From positions 1 to 43,223 of the forward strand of contig CALCEG010000010.1 in assembly GCA_937900435.1 (NCBI GenBank): 43,223 nucleotides of DNA, written 5' to 3'. The stretch is from an uncultured Alphaproteobacteria bacterium (GTDB taxonomy: Bacteria > Pseudomonadota > Alphaproteobacteria > Rs-D84). Shown one piece after another: positions 16,496-25,035 of this stretch. The notes under the pieces are model-generated. The model was not told the origin of the DNA and searched no databases. It was given only the letters and a program-made list of their open reading frames with translations. The position numbers and the translations under genes were made by a program. Position 1 is the stretch's first letter, and each line of letters begins with the position of its first letter.

Positions 16496-17065
16496 ATGAA
16501 ATTTAAATTATTATATTTTGGCGACATTTTAATTAATCCTAAAAAGCGCGCACAACACATTGCAGATATTCGTATGCAGTTTCACCCACAACTAAAAAAG
16601 TTAATTGAACACAGTCCTTGGACTAATTTGACGCAATATATGGTACCCAATCCAACAAAAAGCCCAATTTCAACCAGACACATTGGTGGCATAGATTGGA
16701 ATCCGATTATTACACCAAATTTAAAATTAATGGCAGAACTAGATATTCAAATGTTGCACCCCGAAATTGTTGGTGTTCCACGCAGTGATATTGACAATCG
16801 GGTCAAGACAATACTTGACGGACTACGCTGTCCACAAAACGAACACGAAATTGGTGCGAACACACCGCGCGACATTGGTCCAATCTATACACTGTTGGAC
16901 GATGACCATTTGATAACCAGATTATCTGTAAACACCAGCCACCTTCTTGACTCGTCATTATTTTCATCTGATATTATTCGTACACCCGATTCAATATTTA
17001 TGATGATTGATGTCAACGTTCGTGTTGCCGAAGGTACATTGGAAAACCTGCCGTTTATGGTATAA
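16496..17065 (+). CDS. Hypothetical protein with a RusA-like DxDN..K...D.L...DD motif block
   Basis: 189-aa ORF with its own promoter-like signal and terminator. VPRSDIDNRVKTILDGL...LLDDDHLITRLSV parallels RusA RRRRDLDNLQKAAFDAL...WLDDAQVV. The N-terminal part is unlike RusA. Confidence 0.5.
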   Translation: MKFKLLYFGDILINPKKRAQHIADIRMQFHPQLKKLIEHSPWTNLTQYMVPNPTKSPISTRHIGGIDWNPIITPNLKLMAELDIQMLHPEIVGVPRSDIDNRVKTILDGLRCPQNEHEIGANTPRDIGPIYTLLDDDHLITRLSVNTSHLLDSSLFSSDIIRTPDSIFMMIDVNVRVAEGTLENLPFMV

Positions 17066-17084
17066 GGTGTTTTTAGCCAACACT

Positions 17085-17110
17085 CACCGCTATCCCAGCG
17101 GTGTTTTTTT
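17085..17110 (+). terminator. Intrinsic terminator of ORF 16496
   Basis: CACCGC-tatccca-GCGGTG followed by TTTTTTT. Confidence 0.65.
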
Positions 17111-17112
17111 CT

Positions 17113-17149
17113 AAAAAATACCCCCCAAGGAAATTCAACCTTGGGGTAT
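17113..17149 (-). terminator. Intrinsic terminator of ORF 17166-17699
   Basis: Minus strand: AUACCCCAAGG-uugaauuu-CCUUGGGGGGUAU followed by UUUUUU. Confidence 0.6.
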
Positions 17150-17165
17150 TCAACTTAAAATTTAT

Positions 17166-17699
17166 TTAATCATTTTGCAATTGCTTGTTCGCCAAAAATT
17201 CTTGCAATCTATCAGGCGCAATCCCTAACTTTTTAAGATTCTCTATTGCTTTTTCATATTTATCTTTTTTATTACCCGACTGTTTTTCTTCCATAACAGC
17301 ATCTTTCAATTCTTTTGTTCCTGCATGGTTGCGCAGACGATAAAAATAATCCCCCTTTTCATCAATATACTTATTTCTTGCTGCAGACCATATTCCACGC
17401 ACATCTTCGATATCATAACTATCGTCCGTTTTATCAACTGCCGCAAACTCGACACGTTCACCATTTATTTTAACAGCGAATTTACTTACCCCATAAACAC
17501 GTTCAATCGTAATATCTTTACCAACTTTTATTGTTCTTGCTTTACTTGCGTTTTTTTCTTTTGCATCATAATCCTTTCTTTCATTAGTTGGTATTTCATT
17601 ACCATCAACTGTTTCGACAATAACTTCGTTATTATCTTCTTTCAAGGCTTCTATAACCTGCAACAAAATCGCTTTTTTATCTATGTTTTTATCTGCCAT
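17166..17699 (-). CDS. Hypothetical charged 177-aa protein
   Basis: ORF with AAGGAG 6 nt upstream of its ATG and a downstream terminator. No recognisable motif. Confidence 0.55.
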   Translation of the reverse strand: MADKNIDKKAILLQVIEALKEDNNEVIVETVDGNEIPTNERKDYDAKEKNASKARTIKVGKDITIERVYGVSKFAVKINGERVEFAAVDKTDDSYDIEDVRGIWSAARNKYIDEKGDYFYRLRNHAGTKELKDAVMEEKQSGNKKDKYEKAIENLKKLGIAPDRLQEFLANKQLQND

Positions 17700-17755
17700 A
17701 AAAATCTCCTTTCATAAAATAAACAATTCCGCAATCACAGAATTGTTTTACAAAA

Positions 17756-17941
17756 TTATTTTTTCTTTTTTATTTGTTTCTTTTTTTCTGGGCTTTTTTT
17801 ATCTGCCTTCAGTTCTTTTTTAAAGACATTCAGCCCATTTGCCAAATTTTTCATCATTGTTGGGATTTTATTATGCCCAAACAAAATGGCAACCAAGACA
17901 ACGATAATCAGAATTTCTGCCCAACCAAAACGTCCAAACAT
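17756..17941 (-). CDS. tatA: Twin-arginine translocase subunit TatA/E
   Basis: Trimmed to the ATG at 17941, with AAGGAG upstream. MFGRFGWAEILIIVVLVAILFGHNKIPTMMKNLANGLNVFKKEL is the typical TatA TM helix, FG hinge and amphipathic helix. Confidence 0.8.
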   Translation of the reverse strand: MFGRFGWAEILIIVVLVAILFGHNKIPTMMKNLANGLNVFKKELKADKKSPEKKKQIKKKK

Positions 17942-17958
17942 AACAAACTCCTTTTTAA

Positions 17959-18777
17959 TTATTTTGCAACATAGCAATCCAGTCCATCAGACTTTGCGTT
18001 TCTGCAAAATCCATTTGCATCATTTGCGTTATTAAATGGCACACGCAATCTGTACGTTGTTGTTCCGTTTTTCAACTGTGCTGCCAATATAACAAACTGT
18101 TTACCGCTGAACAAACTTTTGTGCGAATTACTCAATTTACGTTGTGCAGCCTCTGCCAATGCGCGCGTACTATAAGACCCAAATTGCACATACCACGATG
18201 CCGCCGAAGTTTTAGCAACGACTGTTTTAGTTTCTGTTTTTGTCGTCTGTTGTTTAGCTACTGTTTTTTGCACAACTTTTGTTTCGGCAGTTTTTACATT
18301 AACCTCTGTTGTTGTTTTTTGTTCTGGGTTAAATTTAACTTCCTTGCGTTCTTCGACCACGCGTACAGGCACACCAGCTTTTTCTTGTTGTGGTTGCACT
18401 TTAACTTCTTCTGCTTTCTTTGTTTCTTGCGCGACAGTTTTTTGTGGCTGTTCCTGCGGTTTTACTTCTTGCGCTGGTGCGACCTGCACTTGTTTTACAG
18501 GCGGCATAACATTCATATCAGGCGTATCAACTGGCACACCATCATCTGCCGAAAATTCCACTGGCGCATCCAAATCAATTTCAACAGTTGATGCAGAATC
18601 ACTACCGATTGCTTGAACGATGATATATGTTGCCAATATAATAACCGCAACCCCAACCGACAACAACAACCAAGGTTTTTTTGGTCTTGGTACAACGAAC
18701 TGTGGCACATCTGGCAAAGAATCATTTGAATCTGTATCGTCCAAATCCAACAAATCTAAATTATTATCATCATTCAT
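17959..18777 (-). CDS. SPOR-domain (peptidoglycan-binding) membrane protein
   Basis: 272-aa ORF. Acidic N-terminus, TM helix WLLLSVGVAVIILATYIIV, a Pro/Gln/Lys/Val-rich linker, and a C-terminal SPOR-like WYVQFGSYSTRALAEAAQRKL...YRLRV...FCRNAKSDGLDCYV. Confidence 0.8.
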   Translation of the reverse strand: MNDDNNLDLLDLDDTDSNDSLPDVPQFVVPRPKKPWLLLSVGVAVIILATYIIVQAIGSDSASTVEIDLDAPVEFSADDGVPVDTPDMNVMPPVKQVQVAPAQEVKPQEQPQKTVAQETKKAEEVKVQPQQEKAGVPVRVVEERKEVKFNPEQKTTTEVNVKTAETKVVQKTVAKQQTTKTETKTVVAKTSAASWYVQFGSYSTRALAEAAQRKLSNSHKSLFSGKQFVILAAQLKNGTTTYRLRVPFNNANDANGFCRNAKSDGLDCYVAK

Positions 18778-18853
18778 GACTATCCCCTCTGGTAAAATTT
18801 TACTTACGATGTATTATACCATAAAAAAGCACCAAAACAAACAGATATATAAA

Positions 18854-18997
18854 TTATTTTGGCATATTTCCAAAATTAGGTGGCACAATCAATTTTTGAT
18901 TTTCTTGTACGATTGGTTCAACTTCGCACTTTTTTGCGCACCCAAACAAGACGACCGGCACCACAACCAACGCACACAACATCAAGACTTTTTTCAT
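18854..18997 (-). CDS. Small lipoprotein (47 aa), absent from the ORF track
   Basis: Manual translation: MKKVLMLCALVVVPVVLFGCAKKCEVEPIVQENQKLIVPPNFGNMPK. Lipobox LFGC, and AAGGAAGG 5 nt before the ATG. The PPxF tail recalls small alphaproteobacterial DUF3035/BamF-type lipoproteins (weak). Confidence 0.55.
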   Translation of the reverse strand: MKKVLMLCALVVVPVVLFGCAKKCEVEPIVQENQKLIVPPNFGNMPK

Positions 18998-19059
18998 ATC
19001 GACCTTCCTTTTCATTTATGTTTTGGGCGCGCAAAATTAATCACGCGCCCTTTATTTTT

Positions 19060-20793
19060 TTACATCGGCATCTTCACCGAATTTTTCATCATTTCAACAA
19101 ATTCGTCCAGTGGTACAGATTCCTGTTTTTCCTGTCCCAATCTGCGCAAAGTCACACGTTTATCTGCCAATTCTTTTTCACCAACGACTGCGATAATTGG
19201 CGTCTTGGCTAATGACAATTCGCGGATTTTATAGTTTACTTTTTCATCACGCAAATCCGCACGCGCATTAACCCCTGCTTCACGCAAAGCATCGACTACT
19301 TCATTTGCATAATCTGCAAACTTTTCAGAAATAGGTGCCACAACAACAGGTTCTGGCGACAACCACAGTGGCAAATGTCCACCTGTTGATTCTAACAATA
19401 TTCCCATAAAGCGTTCAATAGAACCCAATATCGCGCGATGCAACATAATTGGACGATGCTTTTCGCCATCTTCGCCGATATAAGACAAATCGAATCGTTC
19501 TGGCAAATTCATATCCAACTGCACCGTACCGCATACCCATACACGACCAATCGCATCACGCATTGAAATACCAATTTTTGGGCCATAGAATGCACCTTCG
19601 CCATCGGCAACAGTATAGTTTGCGTTTACAGATTTCAACGCATTATGCAATGTGTTTTCTGCGAAATCCCAAACCTCGTCAGAACCGATACGGAATTCAG
19701 AATCTGGCCTTGTTTCCAGCGTCATATGCAATTCATCAAATCCCAGCGCACTATAAACACTTTTAATCAGATTTAATGCCTTGGCTACTTCTTCTTCCAT
19801 TTGTTCTTCGGTACAGAAAATGTGTGCATCATCCTGTGTCATTTCACGTACGCGCATCAACCCAGCCAACGAACCAGACGATTCATAACGATGAACCTTG
19901 CCAAATTCTGCCAGATACATTGGCAGGTCTTTATATGACGTAATACCATGACCAAACACCAACATACCACCTGGGCATGACATTGGTTTAACACAGAAAT
20001 CTTTGCCATCTTGTGTTTTACCAGCATAGTTATGTGATGCATACTTTGCCCAGTGGCCACTGCGTTCCCACAATGCGCGTTCCATAACAGTTGGCGTTGA
20101 TATTTCTAAATAACCTTCCTTGTTCTGACGTTCACGGATAAAGTCAATCAATTTACGATAAACCTTAAACCCTTTGTCATGCCAGAACACAGACCCTGGT
20201 GCATAATCAGGTTCAAAGTGGAACAAGTCCATATCTTTACCCAATTTTCTGTTGTCGCGCGCTGCGGCTTCTTCTTGCATTTTCAAGAACGCGTCTAATT
20301 CCTCTTTTGTTGCGAATGCATCAACATAAATACGTTGCAACATTTTGTTTTTCGCGTTTCCTTTCCAGTACGCCCCTGCAACACTACGAATTTTAAAAGA
20401 ATCCCTTGGCAAATCTTTGGAACTTTCCACATGTGGTCCACGACATAAATCAACAAAATCGCGGAAAGTATAAATCGACAACGCTTCGCCTGCAGCATCA
20501 TATTCATTTAACCATTCCATTTTATAAGGTTGATTTGCGAATATTTCCTTGGCTTCGTCCAGGTTAACATTTTTTTGTTCAAATCGCCCATTTGACTTAA
20601 TCAAATCGCGCATTTCTTTTTCGATTTTTGCAAAATCATCTTCGGAAAAACGATATTCTGTATCAAAGTCATAATAGAACCCATTTTCGATTGCTGGTCC
20701 CCCTGCAAATTTAACATCTGGGTGCAATTTTTTAACAGCTGCGGCCATAACGTGTGCCAACGAATGACGTATCGTTTCAATTGGATAAGACAT
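19060..20793 (-). CDS. thrS: Threonine--tRNA ligase lacking the N-terminal TGS domain
   Basis: 577-aa ORF. HSLAHVMAAAV, GFYYDF, CRGPH, FCVKPMSCPGG and HRPIMLHRAILGSIERF. The protein begins at the editing (second additional) domain. Confidence 0.95.
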   Translation of the reverse strand: MSYPIETIRHSLAHVMAAAVKKLHPDVKFAGGPAIENGFYYDFDTEYRFSEDDFAKIEKEMRDLIKSNGRFEQKNVNLDEAKEIFANQPYKMEWLNEYDAAGEALSIYTFRDFVDLCRGPHVESSKDLPRDSFKIRSVAGAYWKGNAKNKMLQRIYVDAFATKEELDAFLKMQEEAAARDNRKLGKDMDLFHFEPDYAPGSVFWHDKGFKVYRKLIDFIRERQNKEGYLEISTPTVMERALWERSGHWAKYASHNYAGKTQDGKDFCVKPMSCPGGMLVFGHGITSYKDLPMYLAEFGKVHRYESSGSLAGLMRVREMTQDDAHIFCTEEQMEEEVAKALNLIKSVYSALGFDELHMTLETRPDSEFRIGSDEVWDFAENTLHNALKSVNANYTVADGEGAFYGPKIGISMRDAIGRVWVCGTVQLDMNLPERFDLSYIGEDGEKHRPIMLHRAILGSIERFMGILLESTGGHLPLWLSPEPVVVAPISEKFADYANEVVDALREAGVNARADLRDEKVNYKIRELSLAKTPIIAVVGEKELADKRVTLRRLGQEKQESVPLDEFVEMMKNSVKMPM

Positions 20794-20835
20794 AATAATA
20801 ATCCTTATATTTTTTTATTTTAATTAATTTGCTTG

Positions 20836-20864
20836 ATTATATAAATTTGTGCGATTTATCGCAA
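20836..20864 (-). promoter_or_regulatory. Sigma-70-type promoter of thrS with an embedded palindrome
   Basis: Minus strand reads TTGCGA, a 17-nt spacer, then TATAAT. The inverted repeat TGCGAT-aa-ATCGCA overlaps the -35 and the spacer. AAGGA precedes the ATG. Confidence 0.5.
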
Positions 20865-21074
20865 TACAGAAATTACACCCCCACAGGGGTTGTAGTAGTT
20901 GTTGTAAAAAAGTTCTTAAAAAGATTCATAACAATAAAATACTACACCCAACAAAACAAAAAATCAAGCAATTAAAACAATCCGTTCCACCACAACTTTC
21001 ACTTCCGCGTAATTCCAACCACTACGATAGTTCTCTCCTTTTATTCCCACCGCCCGTATCGGGGCCCACTCACA

Positions 21075-21160
21075 CTCTCGTCATTCCCGCGTATCGGGCC
21101 CCACAAAATTTAAGTAAATTTTGTGGGTGATTCTAGGCGGGAATCCAGTGCCCCGCAGGG
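21075..21160. repeat. Palindromic element family 1 (GTCATTCCCGCG-TA-GGCGGGAATCCAG type), copy split by a 40-bp hairpin segment
   Basis: CTCTCGTCATTCCCGCGTA [TCGGGCCCCACAAAATTTAAGTAAATTTTGTGGGTGATTC] TAGGCGGGAATCCAGTGCCCCGCAGGG. TA is present on both sides of the inserted segment. Confidence 0.7.
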
Positions 21161-21193
21161 TAATTCATCCCCCTAATCCCCTACGCACGCTCT

Positions 21194-21237
21194 CTCTCGT
21201 CATTCCCGCGTAGGCGGGAATCCAGTGCCCCGCAGGG
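21194..21237. repeat. Palindromic element family 1, intact copy
   Basis: CTCTCGTCATTCCCGCGTAGGCGGGAATCCAGTGCCCCGCAGGG. The 8-bp stem ATTCCCGC/GCGGGAAT encloses a 4-nt loop. Confidence 0.8.
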
Positions 21238-21333
21238 ACAAACACACCCAACCCCTTGCAGTGAAAAAAATTAAATAGAATGATATAGATAAATGATTTA
21301 GATATGCGCGGTGCCGAAAACGTAGTGCGCAAA

Positions 21334-21361
21334 AAAATCCCCTTTTACGGGGATTTTTTGT
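21334..21361 (-). terminator. Intrinsic terminator of ORF 21377-23533
   Basis: Minus strand: AAAAAUCCCC-guaaaa-GGGGAUUUUUUU, directly after the stop. Confidence 0.65.
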
Positions 21362-21376
21362 TAATTCGATGAAGTA

Positions 21377-23533
21377 TCATTTTTTCCAGTTTCTAATATC
21401 CCACTGATCTCCGCTTGTTATACCCATGGCATTATGCAAGCAAACTTCACGCATTTTTGCAGAGTCCATTTTCTTGTCATTACCCCACTCTATATTTTTC
21501 TTATAAGTTTCAATCTCAGCAGCGTCAGCTTCATAAGCCCCATTTAAAATCTCATTCAACGTCACAATATTACGACAAGTATTTGTTTTATAATCTTGCG
21601 TATTTGAACAGGTTGGGCTATCTTCCTTGTCTATAACCGCTGTAAATTGCGCCCCTGTTGGCGAACAAATCATTTCTTCATAGCAATGCGGAACATTTGC
21701 CATTTGTGCGCAATATGTTTTTATACGCGATGTTGGCCAGTTTTCTTCACTTTCTGCGGTTTCTTCATAACATTCGTAAATTTCACTTAAACATTCGTTA
21801 AAGTTAACCATCGCTGTTTGCGCACGCGCCAAGACGCTTTCAGCCTCTGCATTTGCAAATTCCAGACGTTTTTGTTGCAAAGCCTGTTGCGCTGCAACTT
21901 TTTGATAACCAATATTTTGCGCGGTTGTACGCAACTGTTCACCGTACGCATCACAATCAGCATTTGCATCCAACGCATACTTCTGCATAATACTGCGACG
22001 TGCATCAGCAACCGGTTTACGCAAGTCTGCATACGGGTCACCATTTGACGTTGTATAACCAAAGCAAGTCGCGGAATTAGAAGTTGTATAACCACTTGAT
22101 GCAGTTACAAAATTCAACTCGTACGTACCTGTGTTATTAACTGTTATGTGGCTATTATAATTATAAGGACACTGTCCTGCACCATTACCACATTTTGTAC
22201 CTGATGGCGGCATACCACACGCCTCGTAAATACCGTTAAAGCAAGAATCCAGAACACGCGCACAAACATTATTATGTGCATATTCAAACAATTCATACCC
22301 CCACGTTTCCGCCAAAGAATCTTTTAAGTCTGCCACATTCGAAATAGCACCACTAACGCCTGCCAGGCCACCAACAATATCAGAAACACCTGTAAACGCA
22401 TCAAATAAACTATCTTCATCATCAGTCAATATTGTGATTGTTTGTTTTTTCGCCTCTGCCCACGATTGCAACTGCGCCAAAATATCTGACCCTGTACCAT
22501 CAAGATTCTTCACATCAAAACCAAAAGAATTCCCACTTTCAGAACAATAGCTAGGTGCAGTTGACTTAGAACACTTACCATCATAAAGCGCATGCTTTTC
22601 ACACCAGTTATCAAATTCATCATCTGTCGCTGTTCCGTTTTTACTCGCTTCTTTCCACGACACACAATTCATAACTTTTTCTGCATCTGTTAACTTAAAG
22701 GCTTCTGACACATCTTTACCACCACTTGCAACCAACAGCGCCAATTCCCCAGAAACCTTAATCAACTCTTCATTTGCAGTTTCCAACGCAGCCTCAGCCT
22801 CTGCAAACGCTTTTACACGACCAGCGCACGCACATCTGCGTTGTGCAGCATTACGCGCAGTACAAATTTCATCCATACACGCATAATAAGATTCCATACA
22901 GTTATTAAACGCATCTGTTGAAATCAAACCAGTCGTAGAATCGATAATATTCGAATAATTTCCTGTGTATAATTTATTAGACAAATACGAATAACTTTTC
23001 GAAGTCGAAGCCTTAGACCCGCGAATTGCACTGCCCTGCAAAGAAACACGCGCCGCATCTGCTGCCTCTGACGTTGCGGTACGCGCACGAACAGTCCTGC
23101 GCATATTTGCATTTGCCCGATTTGTTGCATCCAACCTGCGCGACACAACATTACGCGTTGATGTATTTGTACGCGGTTGTGCAACATTTGCGCGATTAAC
23201 AACTGTACGAGATGTTACTGCACGCGTTTTATTTTGTCCGCGTTCTGATGCCGCCGCTGCTTGTTCCCCAGACGGCACAACTGTTGTACGCGCAACCGTA
23301 CGGCGCGAAACAGTCGAATTTGCATTTGCGCGTGGATTTGCACGCGTTGCTGTTCTGGTATTTGCGCGCGGACTTTGTGAATTTTCATAGATTGGTACAA
23401 CAGGTGCCACCGGGTCTGCCAACACAGAACGCACAGACAAAACAGTCGAACATACAAAGAAAGCACCCGCCAGCAAGAACACCGTCCCCAGCGCATTTTT
23501 CATTGAATCTATTACTTTTTTATTTACCATCAA
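21377..23533 (-). CDS. Large secreted Cys-rich protein with an Arg/Thr/Asn-rich repetitive N-terminal region
   Basis: 718-aa ORF. Signal/anchor sequence ALGTVFLLAGAFFVCSTVLSVRSVLA. Residues about 55-165 are RANxR/TR-rich low-complexity sequence, followed by many Cys pairs. Local similarity to the 6462 product (G[EK]DVSEA; Y[TY]AC). Confidence 0.7.
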   Translation of the reverse strand: MMVNKKVIDSMKNALGTVFLLAGAFFVCSTVLSVRSVLADPVAPVVPIYENSQSPRANTRTATRANPRANANSTVSRRTVARTTVVPSGEQAAAASERGQNKTRAVTSRTVVNRANVAQPRTNTSTRNVVSRRLDATNRANANMRRTVRARTATSEAADAARVSLQGSAIRGSKASTSKSYSYLSNKLYTGNYSNIIDSTTGLISTDAFNNCMESYYACMDEICTARNAAQRRCACAGRVKAFAEAEAALETANEELIKVSGELALLVASGGKDVSEAFKLTDAEKVMNCVSWKEASKNGTATDDEFDNWCEKHALYDGKCSKSTAPSYCSESGNSFGFDVKNLDGTGSDILAQLQSWAEAKKQTITILTDDEDSLFDAFTGVSDIVGGLAGVSGAISNVADLKDSLAETWGYELFEYAHNNVCARVLDSCFNGIYEACGMPPSGTKCGNGAGQCPYNYNSHITVNNTGTYELNFVTASSGYTTSNSATCFGYTTSNGDPYADLRKPVADARRSIMQKYALDANADCDAYGEQLRTTAQNIGYQKVAAQQALQQKRLEFANAEAESVLARAQTAMVNFNECLSEIYECYEETAESEENWPTSRIKTYCAQMANVPHCYEEMICSPTGAQFTAVIDKEDSPTCSNTQDYKTNTCRNIVTLNEILNGAYEADAAEIETYKKNIEWGNDKKMDSAKMREVCLHNAMGITSGDQWDIRNWKK

Positions 23534-23668
23534 GACTCTCCTTGTTTTCCGGCAATCCCCCAGAAACCCAACCTTTCACTAGATTGCACCACGCACAATG
23601 CGTGTTATGTTTATTTAATTATAACAATTTTTTTTAATTCTGTAAACACTTTAGTTTAATTAACTTTT

Positions 23669-23697
23669 ATAAAAAAATCCGTCAAATTGACGGATTA
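23669..23697 (-). terminator. Intrinsic terminator of the lipoprotein gene
   Basis: Minus strand: AUCCGUCAA-uu-UGACGGAU followed by UUUUUUUAU. Confidence 0.65.
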
Positions 23698-23704
23698 AAC
23701 AATT

Positions 23705-24079
23705 TTATTCAGACACTGTTGCCACACCACCACCATTTGCTGTTCTGACGGCGCGTGGATTTGGGCAATCATAAACATTCGCAACCAAGACAAACGCACG
23801 TTCCGGCCCAAATATAACCCATTCATTTGGTTTTGTACGCATACTTGTAATCCAATAAGCGTTTCCGACACGCGCTTGATCCACAATACGGTTTTCCAGA
23901 TATCTGCGTGCATCTTCGGCATCATACACCGAAACCTCTGATTCCAGTTTATACAAGAACGTACAACCAATCGGTTCTGCATCCAATTTAACTAAATATT
24001 GACTGCCATTTTCATTTTTAATCATTCCACCACACGCAGCCAACCCCAACAACATAAACAACGCAAATATTTTTTTCAT
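23705..24079 (-). CDS. Lipoprotein (possibly DUF4156-like)
   Basis: 124-aa ORF. MKKIFALFMLLGLAAC lipobox. The remainder is compatible with small OM lipoproteins of unknown function. Confidence 0.65.
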   Translation of the reverse strand: MKKIFALFMLLGLAACGGMIKNENGSQYLVKLDAEPIGCTFLYKLESEVSVYDAEDARRYLENRIVDQARVGNAYWITSMRTKPNEWVIFGPERAFVLVANVYDCPNPRAVRTANGGGVATVSE

Positions 24080-24093
24080 AACACCTTCCTTTT

Positions 24094-25035
24094 TTATTCA
24101 ACATTAACTATATCATAATTTTTAGGATTACTAAATAATTTTCTTAGCACCAAATTATTCATCGCATGACTACCCTTATAAGACTCTAAATCAGCACAAA
24201 TCATCCCCCCACTTGTAAACATATCGCCAATAACATCGATAATTTTATGTCTTACAAATTCATCTGGCCAAATAAGTTCATTAATTGTCCCATCCCCTGT
24301 ATCATTTAATGCAATAACATTATTTTCGTTTGCACCACGTCCCATACCGCGCTTTTTTAAATATTCCCATTCTGAATATTTACCAAAGGTACGGGCACGC
24401 GCAACATTTTTAACAAAATCTTCAACCGCCCCATCACTTTCATCAAACGAATAAGAAAAACTTTGTCTGCCGATAATTTTTTCTGGATAAACCAAAGTCG
24501 CATTTATATTTAAAACATCACCAGCATTCGGACTAAGCCGCACAAAGCCATCAGCCTTGCGCCCAGAGATTTTATTAAAGAACCATATTTTCAAACGCGC
24601 CATTATCGGTAATTGTTTAAAGACCTCCGCTGCTTTTACAACTATTTCACGCCTTACAATAACACGTTTTAATTTTCCTCCTGTTGTACCAACTTTCAAA
24701 AATTCTTTGATAAATTCTGCAGCACTGCCATCAATAATTGGTGTTTCTGCGCCATTAATTTCAACAATAGCACTATCAACCCCAACCATAAACAGCGCCG
24801 CCATCAAATGTTCAATCGTCTGAACGTACGCACCCGACATCAAACCAATTGTTGTATTACGCATTTTTGTTTCACCGACATTATCATAAGTTGCCGGTAT
24901 AAAATCAGTATTTTCCATATCAACCCGTCTAAAGAATATTCCTTTTTTATCAGACGGCTTAATTACCAAATCAACTTTTTCCCCAGAATGAATTCCTTGC
25001 CCAGAAATTCTTACTTCCTTGTTAAGTGCAGACAT
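24094..25035 (-). CDS. lpxC: UDP-3-O-acyl-N-acetylglucosamine deacetylase
   Basis: GQGIHSGEKV, TIEHLMAALFMVGVDSAIVEINGAETPIIDGSAAEF and HKIIDVIGD. Start set at MSALNKEV (25035). Confidence 0.9.
   Translation of the reverse strand: MSALNKEVRISGQGIHSGEKVDLVIKPSDKKGIFFRRVDMENTDFIPATYDNVGETKMRNTTIGLMSGAYVQTIEHLMAALFMVGVDSAIVEINGAETPIIDGSAAEFIKEFLKVGTTGGKLKRVIVRREIVVKAAEVFKQLPIMARLKIWFFNKISGRKADGFVRLSPNAGDVLNINATLVYPEKIIGRQSFSYSFDESDGAVEDFVKNVARARTFGKYSEWEYLKKRGMGRGANENNVIALNDTGDGTINELIWPDEFVRHKIIDVIGDMFTSGGMICADLESYKGSHAMNNLVLRKLFSNPKNYDIVNVE

Noticed and set aside
19025-19058. GGGCGCG..CGCGCCC hairpin after thrS as a thrS terminator
   Set aside because: The T-run is on the plus strand only. 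On the thrS (minus) strand the hairpin is not followed by U residues, so its role is uncertain and it is not listed as a feature.
20849-21130. ORF 20849-21130(+), 93 aa
   Set aside because: It is read through the palindromic repeat cluster (..SLLLFPPPVSGPTHTLVIPAYRAPQ..). Repeat-derived ORFs of this kind are typical false calls.
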